Virus record (IMG/VR): IMGVR_UViG_3300038520_001860
Span: 1-40,821 of that record
Length of the DNA stretch: 40,821 nt
Origin: a virus
Taxonomy: Duplodnaviria; Caudoviricetes
Reading direction: 5' to 3' (one strand)
Each line of letters starts with the position of its first letter. The stretch's first letter is position 1. Position numbers and translations under genes: made by a program. The notes beneath the pieces were generated by a model. That model saw only the letters and a program-made list of their open reading frames with translations, had not been told where the DNA came from and did no database searches. Below, one piece after another: positions 28,889 through 38,301 of this stretch.

Positions 28889-28951
28889 ATATATTGTATT
28901 ACTTTCTAAAAAGACTATAATAGGAATGAAAATGGAATAGTCAAGAAAGTT
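28889..28951. promoter_or_regulatory. Overlapping divergent sigma70-like promoters
   Basis: + strand TTGTAT(28894)-16-TATAAT(28916); - strand TTGACT(28944)-16-TATTAT. Confidence 0.55.
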
Positions 28952-29311
28952 ATGACAGTTTATTGCGTACAGGAGCCTCCGGGCACAGAGAAAGGTATGC
29001 CAAGAATTAACGTGAATAAAGCGTTGCATTTTGGCAACATTGAATTTTTATTTTCAGAAAGAGCACAGTTAGTATATAGTAGTGGAGCTTTAGTAAGAGA
29101 GTTGAGAAAGAAACTTGAAAAATTTAATGACGAAGATTATCTACTGCTTTTGGGTGATCCTGCTATCATTGCTACTACTAGTGCTGTAGTCGCAGACGTG
29201 AACCATGGTAAATTTAAAATGTTGAAATGGGATCGTGAATCTGGTAGGTACTATCCATTAGAAGTTAATTTATATCAGAAAGAGAATACTTATGAACAAA
29301 ATAGATTTTGA
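28952..29311 (+). CDS. Hypothetical replication-module protein
   Basis: VYCVQEPP...DYLLLLGDPA...LKWDR; first gene after the promoter. Confidence 0.75.
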   Translation: MTVYCVQEPPGTEKGMPRINVNKALHFGNIEFLFSERAQLVYSSGALVRELRKKLEKFNDEDYLLLLGDPAIIATTSAVVADVNHGKFKMLKWDRESGRYYPLEVNLYQKENTYEQNRF

Positions 29312-29852
29312 ACAGGATCAGATTGAGACTGTTTCTAACGATGATGCAACCTCCATTGGGGATCTGTGCCAGCAACTTGTTGACGCGGAAGCAGAGGTGT
29401 CTGCATTAAAAGACTTACTTAAAACAAAACAGGAAAACGTTTTAGAGCTGAAACAGGTTAAGATACCTGCATGGATGCAAGAAAAAAACTTGTCTCAGTT
29501 AAAATTAAACGATGGAAGCTCCATCGAAGTTAGTAATTTTTACGGCATTTCGATACCCAAAGACCCAGATCAAAGGGCTGAGGCGTATCAATGGCTTCGT
29601 GATAACAACCTAGGAGATATTATCAAAAATGAAATAGCTGCTAGGTTCGGTCGCAACGAAGACGGGAAGGCGTTGGAATTTGCCAAGTTAGCCACCGCAA
29701 ATGGGTATGAGGTTGAACAAACTTTAAAAGTTGAATCTCAAACTCTAAAAGCAACTCTGAAGGAACTGCACCAAAAGGGTGCGGCTCTGCCACCGGAAGA
29801 GACATTTAAAACGTTTGTGGGCAGACAAGCAAAAGTTACAAGGAAAAAATAA
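29292..29852 (+). CDS. Hypothetical replication-module protein
   Basis: Coiled coil then AYQWLRDNNLGDIIKN and VESQTLKA. Confidence 0.75.
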   Translation: MNKIDFEQDQIETVSNDDATSIGDLCQQLVDAEAEVSALKDLLKTKQENVLELKQVKIPAWMQEKNLSQLKLNDGSSIEVSNFYGISIPKDPDQRAEAYQWLRDNNLGDIIKNEIAARFGRNEDGKALEFAKLATANGYEVEQTLKVESQTLKATLKELHQKGAALPPEETFKTFVGRQAKVTRKK

Positions 29853-30643
29853 TGACAAATAAAGTAACAAAGACAAAGGCCAACGGACAATTAATGCCGG
29901 CGGTCAGTTTAGACTTAGTGCAAGCTGATGCTGAGTCTATAAGTGGACTAGAAAACGCAAACAGTCCAGATGATCTGGCTCTACCTTTTTTAAAAGTGTT
30001 GAGTCAATTATCTCCGCAATGCAACAAAACTAGCAACTCATTTGTAGAAGGTGCCGAACCTGGCATGATTTACAACACTGTTAGTGGTAAACTTTACGAT
30101 GGAGAAGACGGAATAGATGTTGTTCCAGCTTTCTACAAAAGAGAGTTTATTGAATGGGGTGAACGAGGAAAAGGCAGTGGGGCTCCCATTGCTATTCACG
30201 ATGCGAGCTACGACATTTCGCAAGCACCAAGAGATGCTCAGTTTCAAAACAGATTACCCAACGGTAATATTGTTGAAGAGACAGCGAACCACTTCGTCCT
30301 AGTATTGGATGGAAAAAGTTACGAGCAGGCTTTAATTACAATGAAGTCAACTCAAAGAAAGGTGTCACGAAAGTGGAACTCGATGATGAAGAGTCTTACC
30401 ATGCAAGGTAAGGGTGGTCAGTTCACACCGCCATCGTACAGCCATGTTTACAGATTGAAAACTGTACCACAATCTAATGCAAAAGGATCGTGGTTTGGTT
30501 GGGACGTATTTAAAGTAGGTCCTGTTCAAGATGCAAACGTGTACGAAACTGCAAAACTTTTTGCACTTGGCGTGAGTAAAAACTCAGTCAAAGTAGAGCA
30601 TCAAGAAGAGACAAACGTCACACAAAAAGCGGAGGCTTTTTAA
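29852..30643 (+). CDS. Putative ssDNA-binding protein
   Basis: DLALPFLKVL..LSPQ; beta-rich; acidic tail ending in Phe; lies before the primase. Confidence 0.55.
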   Translation: MTNKVTKTKANGQLMPAVSLDLVQADAESISGLENANSPDDLALPFLKVLSQLSPQCNKTSNSFVEGAEPGMIYNTVSGKLYDGEDGIDVVPAFYKREFIEWGERGKGSGAPIAIHDASYDISQAPRDAQFQNRLPNGNIVEETANHFVLVLDGKSYEQALITMKSTQRKVSRKWNSMMKSLTMQGKGGQFTPPSYSHVYRLKTVPQSNAKGSWFGWDVFKVGPVQDANVYETAKLFALGVSKNSVKVEHQEETNVTQKAEAF

Positions 30644-30647
30644 TACT

Positions 30648-30678
30648 AAGGGCGGCAGAGATGTCGCCCTTTTTATTT
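30648..30678 (+). terminator. Intrinsic terminator
   Basis: AAGGGCGGCA-GAGA-TGTCGCCCTT followed by TTTATTT; GNRA loop. Confidence 0.85.
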
Positions 30679-30688
30679 GTGGTGTTTC

Positions 30689-32338
30689 ATGCAAGACAGA
30701 TTTCTTATAGGTAAAATATTTAAAGGTAATGAACTAGCCTACGGCGTCTTCAAACCATCCAACGAAAAAGATGTGCGGGGTAAGGAGCAAGGGGGTCAAG
30801 GTTGGGGCTACACCGAACAGTTATCTACGGACACTAAAGTATGGCAAGCTCACTTAGACGGCGAAGAAAGCATTGGTGCCGTCCCAATAGACCACGACAA
30901 CAACTGTCATTGGGGTTGCATAGACATAGATTCCTACAAAAATTTTGATCACATAACTTTACTTACAAGTATTGAAAGGGCCAAACTGCCTTTCATAGTT
31001 TGCAGGTCAAAGAGTGGAGGCGCACACGTATATTGTTTTTTTAGTAAAGGTGTAAAAGCAAAAGACTTACAAAAAAAATTAAGGCAAGCAAGCGCTTTGT
31101 TGGGTTATAAAGACGCAGAAGTTTTTCCAAAACAAATTAGGTTATTAAAAGGCCAGAACGGAAACTACGTGAACGCGCCTTATTTTAATGAAAAAGACTG
31201 TCAAAGATACGCATTAAAGTTAGAAAACAATCAGTTAAAAAAACTATCTTTAAGTGAGTTCTATGACGAGTACGAGTTGAAAGCTTTAGGCGACATAAAA
31301 GAACTAGAAATAAAAACAGATACTGTCTTTCCAGACGGCCCACCTTGCAACAATTGTATTGCTTTGAAGGGCTGTGATGAGGGAGGCAGAAACAATTACT
31401 TGTTTAATTGTGCAGTGATGTTGAAAAGAATGCACGAAGAGAGCAAGCAAGATTGGTTGCAAGAATTACGTAATATAAATGATAAATATCTAAAAACTCC
31501 AATTAGTGAAATTGAAGTGTCTAGAATATACGCCTCTGTGACAGGACACATGGAGCACGAAAACAAACAAGTGTTGGGGGCTGACATAGAACTGGAAGAA
31601 GCAGACAATTCAAACTACCACTATCTGTGCAAGCAAGACCCCATGAGTAGTTTTTGTGACAGGGTCACTTGTATGTCAAGAAAGTTTGGCGTTCAACGGA
31701 CAACGGAAGACGGAGAGGGTTATCCTCAACTTGCGTCTATTGATAAGGTATACGACGAGCCGATATTTTATTATGTGACTTTTGAAAGCGGCATCACGGC
31801 TAGAATGGAGTCAGACGATCTGTTTGAAGAAAAGAACTGGAGAAAAAAGGTTGGGCTTGTATTAGATGCAAAACCTCCAGCTTTGGGTGCAGCAAATTTT
31901 GATGATTGGATGCGAGTTCAAATGAGAGAACGATTGACTCACGTGCAATTGCCAGAAGGGGTAGGTAGGTTTGATAGAATCAAAGAGGCTATAAATGATT
32001 GGTTCACAGGGACAGGTTCAGGAGAAGACAGAGAAAGTTTACTTAAAGGTTCTTCGTGGCACGATCAAAAGAAGAAAGAAATACATTTTGTTTTTACTGA
32101 TTTATATAACGCTTTGATTTCTGTCAAAGCCATAAAAGAAAACGCAAAAGATTCTTCGCTGTTGTTAGATTTTTTAAAAAGAGACACCGACACTGAAAAT
32201 CCTGGGCTTGGTGCAAAAGGCAACAGAATAAATATTAAAAAGAAAACAAAGTTCGTTTGGACAATCAAAGAAGAGAACTTGAATCTAGAAGAAGTAGAGA
32301 TTGATCCGAAAGAAATAATTAAGGAGGATCCACTATGA
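30689..32338 (+). CDS. AEP-family primase (prim-pol) with PriCT-like region
   Basis: WGCIDID, RSKSGGAHVY, EVFPKQ, GNYVNAPYF, GPPC..., EGGRNNYLF. Confidence 0.8.
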   Translation: MQDRFLIGKIFKGNELAYGVFKPSNEKDVRGKEQGGQGWGYTEQLSTDTKVWQAHLDGEESIGAVPIDHDNNCHWGCIDIDSYKNFDHITLLTSIERAKLPFIVCRSKSGGAHVYCFFSKGVKAKDLQKKLRQASALLGYKDAEVFPKQIRLLKGQNGNYVNAPYFNEKDCQRYALKLENNQLKKLSLSEFYDEYELKALGDIKELEIKTDTVFPDGPPCNNCIALKGCDEGGRNNYLFNCAVMLKRMHEESKQDWLQELRNINDKYLKTPISEIEVSRIYASVTGHMEHENKQVLGADIELEEADNSNYHYLCKQDPMSSFCDRVTCMSRKFGVQRTTEDGEGYPQLASIDKVYDEPIFYYVTFESGITARMESDDLFEEKNWRKKVGLVLDAKPPALGAANFDDWMRVQMRERLTHVQLPEGVGRFDRIKEAINDWFTGTGSGEDRESLLKGSSWHDQKKKEIHFVFTDLYNALISVKAIKENAKDSSLLLDFLKRDTDTENPGLGAKGNRINIKKKTKFVWTIKEENLNLEEVEIDPKEIIKEDPL

Positions 32339-33927
32339 GTGAAATAATAAAAGAAGCAGAAAAAATATTTGGCCCGCCGGGCACAGGAAAAACTGATAGG
32401 CTAATAAAAAAAGTCAGTCATCTAATTAACGAAGAGGGTATCAAGCCAGAGGACATCTGTTATATAACATTTACAAACAAGGGCATAGACGAAGTTCGTG
32501 AACGATTAAAAGTGACAAAGAAAACTGAAGGCTACGAATCATTTGCAACGATCCACGGACTGTGCAACGGGTTTTTAAAAGGTAGAGAATCTCGTTTGGT
32601 TTCAGAAGGTGACTTTGAGTATTGGGCAAAGAGAGAGGACGGCGATCTTAAAAGAGAGTTTAATGGGGACTTGGAAAACAATTTTATTATTCAAGTTTAC
32701 AATCTACATCGTGTGGCAAACATACCTTTGAGAGAAGCTTTCACACGACTAAATGAAAGAAACTACAAGTGGAACAGGTTAGAGGAGTATGTTAGAAGTT
32801 GGGAATTGTACAAACAAAACAACAAGTTACACGACTTTACTGATCAGATACTTAACGCTTTAGACGTCGATAGATTTAAAGAATACAGAGCTGTGTTTTT
32901 AGATGAAGCTCAAGATTCTTCGTGGTGCCAGTGGCAAGTTATTAAAAAAATAATGGACAAAGGGTCAGTTGAATATTTGTACATTGCAGGAGACGACGAC
33001 CAAGCCATCTTTGATTGGAACGGTGGCGAGGTAAAATATTTTTTAAATGCATACACATCTGTTTGTAAGTCAAAGATTTTAGAAAAGTCTTACAGATTAA
33101 CAAACCAACACATCAGTTTTGCAGAACAGATAAGTTCAGACATAAAACACAGACAACAGAAAAAATATTTTTCTGATCACGAACACTCTGGACAGATACA
33201 CTACACTGATAGGTTTTCACAAATACCTGTCAAAGACGGAGAGAGTTGGACAATCATGGTGACTGGCGCTCCAGTCATGTCAGAGATAAAAGATCTTTTA
33301 ATACGACACAGGGCTTGGTTTACACAGACCACGGCCAAAGGTTATGTTCACTATCCTGTTGGTGCAAAAATAATTGCTGCACTAAAATGTTTTTTTGATT
33401 TACAAAAAGATAAATACGTAACGCGGTCAAATCTTTTAAGTTATAGAACATTGGTCAAGCCGAAAAATTTTAAACCCAAACAGTGGGAAGAGCTTGATCC
33501 AGATCAGTTATACAAAGCACAGGATCTGCAAGATATGTTTGGTTTGGATTTTTCTGTTGATTGGAAAGAAGCGTTTGCAAATGTCAACAACCCAGAATGG
33601 AACAGAAAGAAAAAATATATTATGGACTGTGTTGATCAAGGTGTTGATATTTTTGACAAAAAGCCTAAGATAAAACTTTGTACAATACACAGCATGAAAG
33701 GTGGAGAGGATGAAAACACGGTTGTCGTAGGCAACATGGAAATGCCTTTCCATAAAAAATATAAAAGTTTTGATCACGTTGAAAAAGACACAATCAAAAG
33801 AATGTTCTATGTTGCATGTACAAGAGCAAAACAAAGAATGTACATTTACATGTGCCCTAGTTTAAAATTTCGTTTTGATTTTGACACGGTGTACAGAGCG
33901 TACAAAGAAAGAAAGGAAGTCGCATAA
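32335..33927 (+). CDS. UvrD/Rep-family SF1 helicase
   Basis: GPPGTGKT, TFTNK, LDEAQD, GDDDQAIF, TIHSMKGGE, YVACTRAK. Confidence 0.93.
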   Translation: MSEIIKEAEKIFGPPGTGKTDRLIKKVSHLINEEGIKPEDICYITFTNKGIDEVRERLKVTKKTEGYESFATIHGLCNGFLKGRESRLVSEGDFEYWAKREDGDLKREFNGDLENNFIIQVYNLHRVANIPLREAFTRLNERNYKWNRLEEYVRSWELYKQNNKLHDFTDQILNALDVDRFKEYRAVFLDEAQDSSWCQWQVIKKIMDKGSVEYLYIAGDDDQAIFDWNGGEVKYFLNAYTSVCKSKILEKSYRLTNQHISFAEQISSDIKHRQQKKYFSDHEHSGQIHYTDRFSQIPVKDGESWTIMVTGAPVMSEIKDLLIRHRAWFTQTTAKGYVHYPVGAKIIAALKCFFDLQKDKYVTRSNLLSYRTLVKPKNFKPKQWEELDPDQLYKAQDLQDMFGLDFSVDWKEAFANVNNPEWNRKKKYIMDCVDQGVDIFDKKPKIKLCTIHSMKGGEDENTVVVGNMEMPFHKKYKSFDHVEKDTIKRMFYVACTRAKQRMYIYMCPSLKFRFDFDTVYRAYKERKEVA

Positions 33928-34160
33928 TGGGATGGAGAGATGTGCAAGTCGATGGTGCTCACTACAAAGCTTTGAGCATACAGCCTACAGATTACATTGT
34001 AAAAAATAAGTTGGGCTGGAGAGAGGGCAACATTGTGAAATACATAACTCGTCACTCTGAAAAAGGAAAAGCAAAAGACGTTAGAAAGATAATACATTTC
34101 GCTTTAATGATTTTGGAGGATGAGTATGGAGAAGAATACGAAATTAGATCTGTGGACTGA
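33927..34160 (+). CDS. DUF3310 (T7 gp1.7-like) protein
   Basis: QVDG.HYK...IQP.DYI.......EGNIVKYITR...KG...D..K. Confidence 0.8.
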   Translation: MGWRDVQVDGAHYKALSIQPTDYIVKNKLGWREGNIVKYITRHSEKGKAKDVRKIIHFALMILEDEYGEEYEIRSVD

Positions 34161-36027
34161 GTGGATGTTTGAAGAATACTTTCCAGATTTATCACAAGAA
34201 AAATACCTTGCTGTTGACTTGGAGACCTGTGATTTAAAACTACTGACTCACGGTTCAGGTTGGGCAACAGGCAACGGTTATGTCACGGGTTTTGCTTTGG
34301 CCACAAAAGACTGGCAGGCCTACTATCCTATCGCTCATGAAGGTGGGGACAACATGGACCCAGACAAAGTTATTCCTTGGATAAAGAAAACATTGTCTTA
34401 CGACATGCCAAAAATATTTCACAATGCTTCCTACGATATTGGTTGGTTGCGTTCTATGGGCATAACCGTAAATGGTACTATACATGACACGATGATTTCA
34501 AGTGCTTTGATTGATGAAAATAGATTTTCGTTTACTTTAAATAGTTTAGCTAAAGATAAATTAGGCACAACAAAGAACGAGGACGAACTTATTGCTTACG
34601 CACAGAGCGCCGGCATCGATCCAAAGAAAGAAATGTACCGAGTGCCTGCTATGTATGTAGGGCACTACGCGGAACAAGACGCACGGCTCACGTACGATTT
34701 ATTTTTTCACAATCAAAAAGAAATAGAAGAACAGAAACTTCAACAGATATACGACCTTGAAACACGACTGCAACCTTGTCTAATCGATATGCGAGCACAG
34801 GGTGTCCGAGTTGATTTGCAAGCCGCAGAGAATGCAAAGAAGGATTTGATAGCAGATGAAGAGGCGGCACTGCTTCAGATAAAAAAACTATCTGGCATTG
34901 ATGTAAATGTTTGGGCGGCAGCTTCCGTGGCCAAAGCGTTTGATAGTATGAAGATACCTTACAGTAGAACGGCAACGGGCAAGCCAAGCTTTACGAAAAA
35001 CTTTTTATCAAAGCACAAGTCAGATCTTGCACAGCTAATTATCAAAGCCAGAGAATCAAACAAAGCATACACAACATTTATTGACAGCATCATGCGCCAT
35101 CAACACAAAGGCAGAATACATTCTGAGATCCATCAAATGAGAAGCGATGACAAGGGCACGGTGACCGGCAGGTTTAGTTATAGCAATCCAAACCTGCAAC
35201 AGATACCCGCCAGGAACAAAGAGATTAAGAACAAGATACGTTCTTTGTTTATACCAGAAGAAGGCAAGAAGTGGGGGAGCTTTGACTACTCACAGCAGGA
35301 ACCACGAATGGTGGTGCACTTTGCAGAAAGAGTGAACGAAGCAGATGGATTTACCTATGAATCGAAACGACCAAGCATGGATACTAAATATTTTATTGAG
35401 GGCTACAAATCAGGGGACGCAGACTTTCACGACATGGTTGCAGAGATGGCTAATATAGAAAGGTCGGCGGCCAAAACAATTAACCTTGGTTTGTTTTATG
35501 GTATGGGTCGAGGCAAACTAAAAGAAACCTTGGGTATCGATGATGAGACAGCCGAAGTACTGATCAATGACTACAACGATAAAGTTCCGTTTGTTAAACA
35601 GTTGTCACAGCGCGCCATGGAGTCAATGGAGAGCAAGGGCTACGTGACCACGGTCTACGGCCGACGGTGCCGTTCGTTTGGTTTCGTGCCAATAAGATGG
35701 GGCGTGTCTGGTTTTTACAAAACAGAAAAAGAAGCAGAAGATGCTCTGGGTAAGTATGGTTATAAAAAAGCTTATACATACAAAGCATTAAATAAATTGG
35801 TTCAAGGATCGTCCGCCGATCAAACAAAGAAAGCAATGGTGGACTTGTACGAGCAGGATGGTATCATACCGCATATACAAGTTCACGATGAACTTAATAT
35901 ATCCATCGAAAACGAGGAACAAGCAAAGAGGATTATTAACGTTATGGAGCATTGCATTAAACTCAACGTACCGAGCAAGGTCGACTGTGAGATCGCGGAC
36001 AATTGGGGCGATGCCAAAGGGTCGTGA
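34120..36027 (+). CDS. polA: DNA polymerase family A with 3'-5' exonuclease
   Basis: DLET, HNASYD, YAEQD; TGRFS.SNPNLQQIP, DYSQQEPR, KTINLGLFYGMG, QGSSAD, VHDEL. Confidence 0.96.
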   Translation: MSMEKNTKLDLWTEWMFEEYFPDLSQEKYLAVDLETCDLKLLTHGSGWATGNGYVTGFALATKDWQAYYPIAHEGGDNMDPDKVIPWIKKTLSYDMPKIFHNASYDIGWLRSMGITVNGTIHDTMISSALIDENRFSFTLNSLAKDKLGTTKNEDELIAYAQSAGIDPKKEMYRVPAMYVGHYAEQDARLTYDLFFHNQKEIEEQKLQQIYDLETRLQPCLIDMRAQGVRVDLQAAENAKKDLIADEEAALLQIKKLSGIDVNVWAAASVAKAFDSMKIPYSRTATGKPSFTKNFLSKHKSDLAQLIIKARESNKAYTTFIDSIMRHQHKGRIHSEIHQMRSDDKGTVTGRFSYSNPNLQQIPARNKEIKNKIRSLFIPEEGKKWGSFDYSQQEPRMVVHFAERVNEADGFTYESKRPSMDTKYFIEGYKSGDADFHDMVAEMANIERSAAKTINLGLFYGMGRGKLKETLGIDDETAEVLINDYNDKVPFVKQLSQRAMESMESKGYVTTVYGRRCRSFGFVPIRWGVSGFYKTEKEAEDALGKYGYKKAYTYKALNKLVQGSSADQTKKAMVDLYEQDGIIPHIQVHDELNISIENEEQAKRIINVMEHCIKLNVPSKVDCEIADNWGDAKGS

Positions 36028-36296
36028 CCGACAACATCATATACTTCTCGTTGTGTCCTTCGTGCAACCGAATGACAACGATGAAGCCGTTTGGGAAAAA
36101 GAAAAACGTTTTTTACTGCAAACATTGTAAGGCACAGTACAAGCAACACATCAACGGCAAGATTGTATATATACCTTTGCATGTTGCTGATCTTGTAGAG
36201 CAAACAATCAGAGATCACTACACAAGCGATCCAGAAATAGATGTAAATTTTACGATAGACTTTGAACCCGACTTCGAACCCGACGAATCTACTTAA
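36024..36296 (+). CDS. Zinc-finger protein
   Basis: CPSC...CKHC; acidic tail; GTGA overlap with the polA stop. Confidence 0.65.
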   Translation: MTDNIIYFSLCPSCNRMTTMKPFGKKKNVFYCKHCKAQYKQHINGKIVYIPLHVADLVEQTIRDHYTSDPEIDVNFTIDFEPDFEPDEST

Positions 36297-36594
36297 TATC
36301 TTTTAAGTGATCGAACATCAGACCTACAACGGTTGAAGGTCTGCCGTCAGAGTGGTAGGTAGCACAGTCAACAAGCTCTTCAAGAGGCGTTCCGTTTTGC
36401 AGAGCAACAGATATAATACGACCAATTTCTGTAAGAATATCAAAGCGTTCCGTGCCAGACTTACCTCCGCCGTTTATCCAAACTTCTTTTATTTTGTTGT
36501 CTGAGAAGGACATCGTGATCACATACGGCATGCCGTTTGCGTCTCTTATAGTTTCTTTGAAACATGGTCTGTGGTTTTCTAGTTCTTGTCTCAT
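36289..36594 (-). CDS. Stand-alone TSCPD-like protein (class II RNR C-terminal domain)
   Basis: EVWI..GKSG......IGRIISVALQNG.PLEEL; AGGAG SD. Confidence 0.65.
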   Translation of the reverse strand: MRQELENHRPCFKETIRDANGMPYVITMSFSDNKIKEVWINGGGKSGTERFDILTEIGRIISVALQNGTPLEELVDCATYHSDGRPSTVVGLMFDHLKDIK

Positions 36595-36785
36595 TGTATT
36601 CTCCTAAAAATTAATCTCCATATCCAAGATCGAACTATGGATATACACGTAAAAATTATAGCAATTCCTGCACTATCTAACAAGGTCGGGTACAACCCAA
36701 AAAGGGGAAACACAAAAAGCTGAAGCAAAGTGGCTAATAAAAATCCAGAGCCCACGTCAATAATGCTTTCTGTTAAACTTCGCAC
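36591..36785 (-). CDS. Small two-TM membrane protein
   Basis: RSL.ES..DV.SGF......FVFPLFG...IFT.ISIVRSW.WR. Confidence 0.7.
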   Translation of the reverse strand: MRSLTESIIDVGSGFLLATLLQLFVFPLFGLYPTLLDSAGIAIIFTCISIVRSWIWRLIFRRIQ

Positions 36786-36814
36786 AAACCCTCGTGCATT
36801 TCATGCCTTTCTTG

Positions 36815-36844
36815 TTGACAATATGGTAGAATCTACTATATCTT
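36815..36844 (+). promoter_or_regulatory. Sigma70-like promoter with a palindromic operator
   Basis: Perfect TTGACA at 36815 followed by inverted repeat ATATGGTAGA-A-TCTACTATAT. Confidence 0.6.
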
Positions 36845-36877
36845 GGGGTACATTACAACAAAATATGGAGGGTTTCC

Positions 36878-37057
36878 ATGATTTTAGAGGATGATTTTCC
36901 AGTGCATAGTTTTGTACTGGCCGGCGAGGCGGCAAGTTTGAAAAATAAAGTTGATCTTTTAGAACAACAAAACAAAGCGCTTCGTGATCAGGTGAAAGAA
37001 CTTGAGGTTAGCCTAGAGCAAGCCATCGGCCCTAGAAGATACGAACACGCACTGTAA
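36878..37057 (+). CDS. Small coiled-coil protein (59 aa); not in the ORF track
   Basis: GGAGG SD; MILEDDFPVHSF...LKNKVDLLEQQNKALRDQVKELEVSLEQ... Confidence 0.7.
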   Translation: MILEDDFPVHSFVLAGEAASLKNKVDLLEQQNKALRDQVKELEVSLEQAIGPRRYEHAL

Positions 37058-37082
37058 AGAATAAAATATAGAAAGGAAAAGA

Positions 37083-37265
37083 ATGCCAGACATTCGAAAG
37101 TACAGTTCTGTCTCTGTGAATAAAAAGACATATAAAGAGCTCGTGGCTATAGCTGAGGCGCTTACGGACAAACTAGGTATGGAGATGTCTATCTCAAAGA
37201 CTATAGAGCATCTCGCTGGACAGAAAGTAAAGAAACTCAAGTTGAATGGCCATTCAAAATCTTAA
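37083..37265 (+). CDS. Ribbon-helix-helix-like DNA-binding protein
   Basis: YSSVSV strand, helix KKTYKELVAIAE, helix SISKTIEHL; AAGGA SD. Confidence 0.6.
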   Translation: MPDIRKYSSVSVNKKTYKELVAIAEALTDKLGMEMSISKTIEHLAGQKVKKLKLNGHSKS

Positions 37266-37947
37266 ATCACTAATTACAGAAAGATATCCGTATGCTGAGG
37301 TTAAACGTAAGAAAGTTGATGGAAAGCGTTATTACGAAGGTCAGAATAAGCTTCTTCCCTCAGTCACGACCATCCTCTCGGCCAGTAAGTCCGAAGAAGA
37401 CAAGAAGAGTCTCGACGCGTGGCGCAATCGAGTTGGCGAAGAGACGGCAGAAGCGATACGGAATCAAGCGGCCAGCATCGGGACGGCGGTCCACAAGTTC
37501 CTCGAGTGCACGATCAAAGGAGTAGGCTACGACGATATCACCAACAACGGCATCATTGGCAAGCGTATGGCCAAGGTTATTATCGACAAGGCTTTCTCGT
37601 CGATTGATGAGTTCTGGGGGACAGAGGTTGCTTTGTACTATCCAACGCTTTACGGTGGGACGACCGATTGTGTGGGTGTATGGAACGGTCGACCGGCGAT
37701 CATGGACTTCAAGCAGACGAATAAACCGAAGAAAGCAGAGTGGATTGAAGACTATTTTATCCAGTTGGCAGCTTATTCCATGGCGCACGATGCGTTGTTT
37801 GGGACTAAAATGGAAGTGGGCGTGATCCTTATGGTGTCAAGAGCTCTTGAATATCAATTGTTTACGATCGACGGCCAACGGATGGATGATTATAAATATA
37901 AATGGTTAAAGAGGTGTGAAAAATACTATGGTGAGATGGACAACTAA
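37246..37947 (+). CDS. PD-(D/E)XK exonuclease (RecB/Cas4/MGME1-like)
   Basis: LPSVTTIL, GTAVH, E..L, GTTD, IMDFKQ, QLAAY. Confidence 0.85.
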   Translation: MAIQNLKSLITERYPYAEVKRKKVDGKRYYEGQNKLLPSVTTILSASKSEEDKKSLDAWRNRVGEETAEAIRNQAASIGTAVHKFLECTIKGVGYDDITNNGIIGKRMAKVIIDKAFSSIDEFWGTEVALYYPTLYGGTTDCVGVWNGRPAIMDFKQTNKPKKAEWIEDYFIQLAAYSMAHDALFGTKMEVGVILMVSRALEYQLFTIDGQRMDDYKYKWLKRCEKYYGEMDN

Positions 37948-38146
37948 AGAATTAGTCGCTAGACTGGAGAAGTTTTGTGAGAGCCCCGAGGGAGCTAATG
38001 CCAGGGTATCTCTCGCGGTGCCCATGGGCTTTGGATCGAACCCGAACACGAAGTTTGACATCAAAAAGGTAGACTTGGTGCCAAATGCTATTATCGGATC
38101 GAAAGAGAAGTACAGGTTGATTATCGTAATACAGGAGATGGAATGA
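37928..38146 (+). CDS. Hypothetical protein
   Basis: ORF overlapping the exonuclease end and coupled to the next gene. Confidence 0.6.
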   Translation: MVRWTTKELVARLEKFCESPEGANARVSLAVPMGFGSNPNTKFDIKKVDLVPNAIIGSKEKYRLIIVIQEME

Positions 38147-38301
38147 CGTGGAAAATGTTTGTTAGTATCACCATCATCGCATTACTGACAACGATCTGCA
38201 TACAGCAGACAAGATATCTAGAGGCAGACTGGTGCTCGGCAGAGATTGAGCTGTTGCGCAATCAGGTGTCCGAAATTCATGGCGAGATTGTGGCGGAATA
38301 G
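38143..38301 (+). CDS. Small membrane-anchored protein (52 aa); not in the ORF track
   Basis: AGGAG SD; MTWKMFVSITIIALLTTICIQQ...; coupled at both ends. Confidence 0.6.
   Translation: MTWKMFVSITIIALLTTICIQQTRYLEADWCSAEIELLRNQVSEIHGEIVAE

Noticed and set aside
28889-29029. N-terminal extension of the SNF2 ORF in the ORF track
   Set aside because: Overlaps the divergent gene and promoters; ATG at 28888 is the plausible start.
34120-36027. Intein or intron in polA or the helicases
   Set aside because: Motifs are contiguous at normal spacing, with no splice-junction signatures.
37246-37947. Cas4 as evidence of a CRISPR system
   Set aside because: Lacks the four-Cys Fe-S pattern; ordinary phage exonuclease context.
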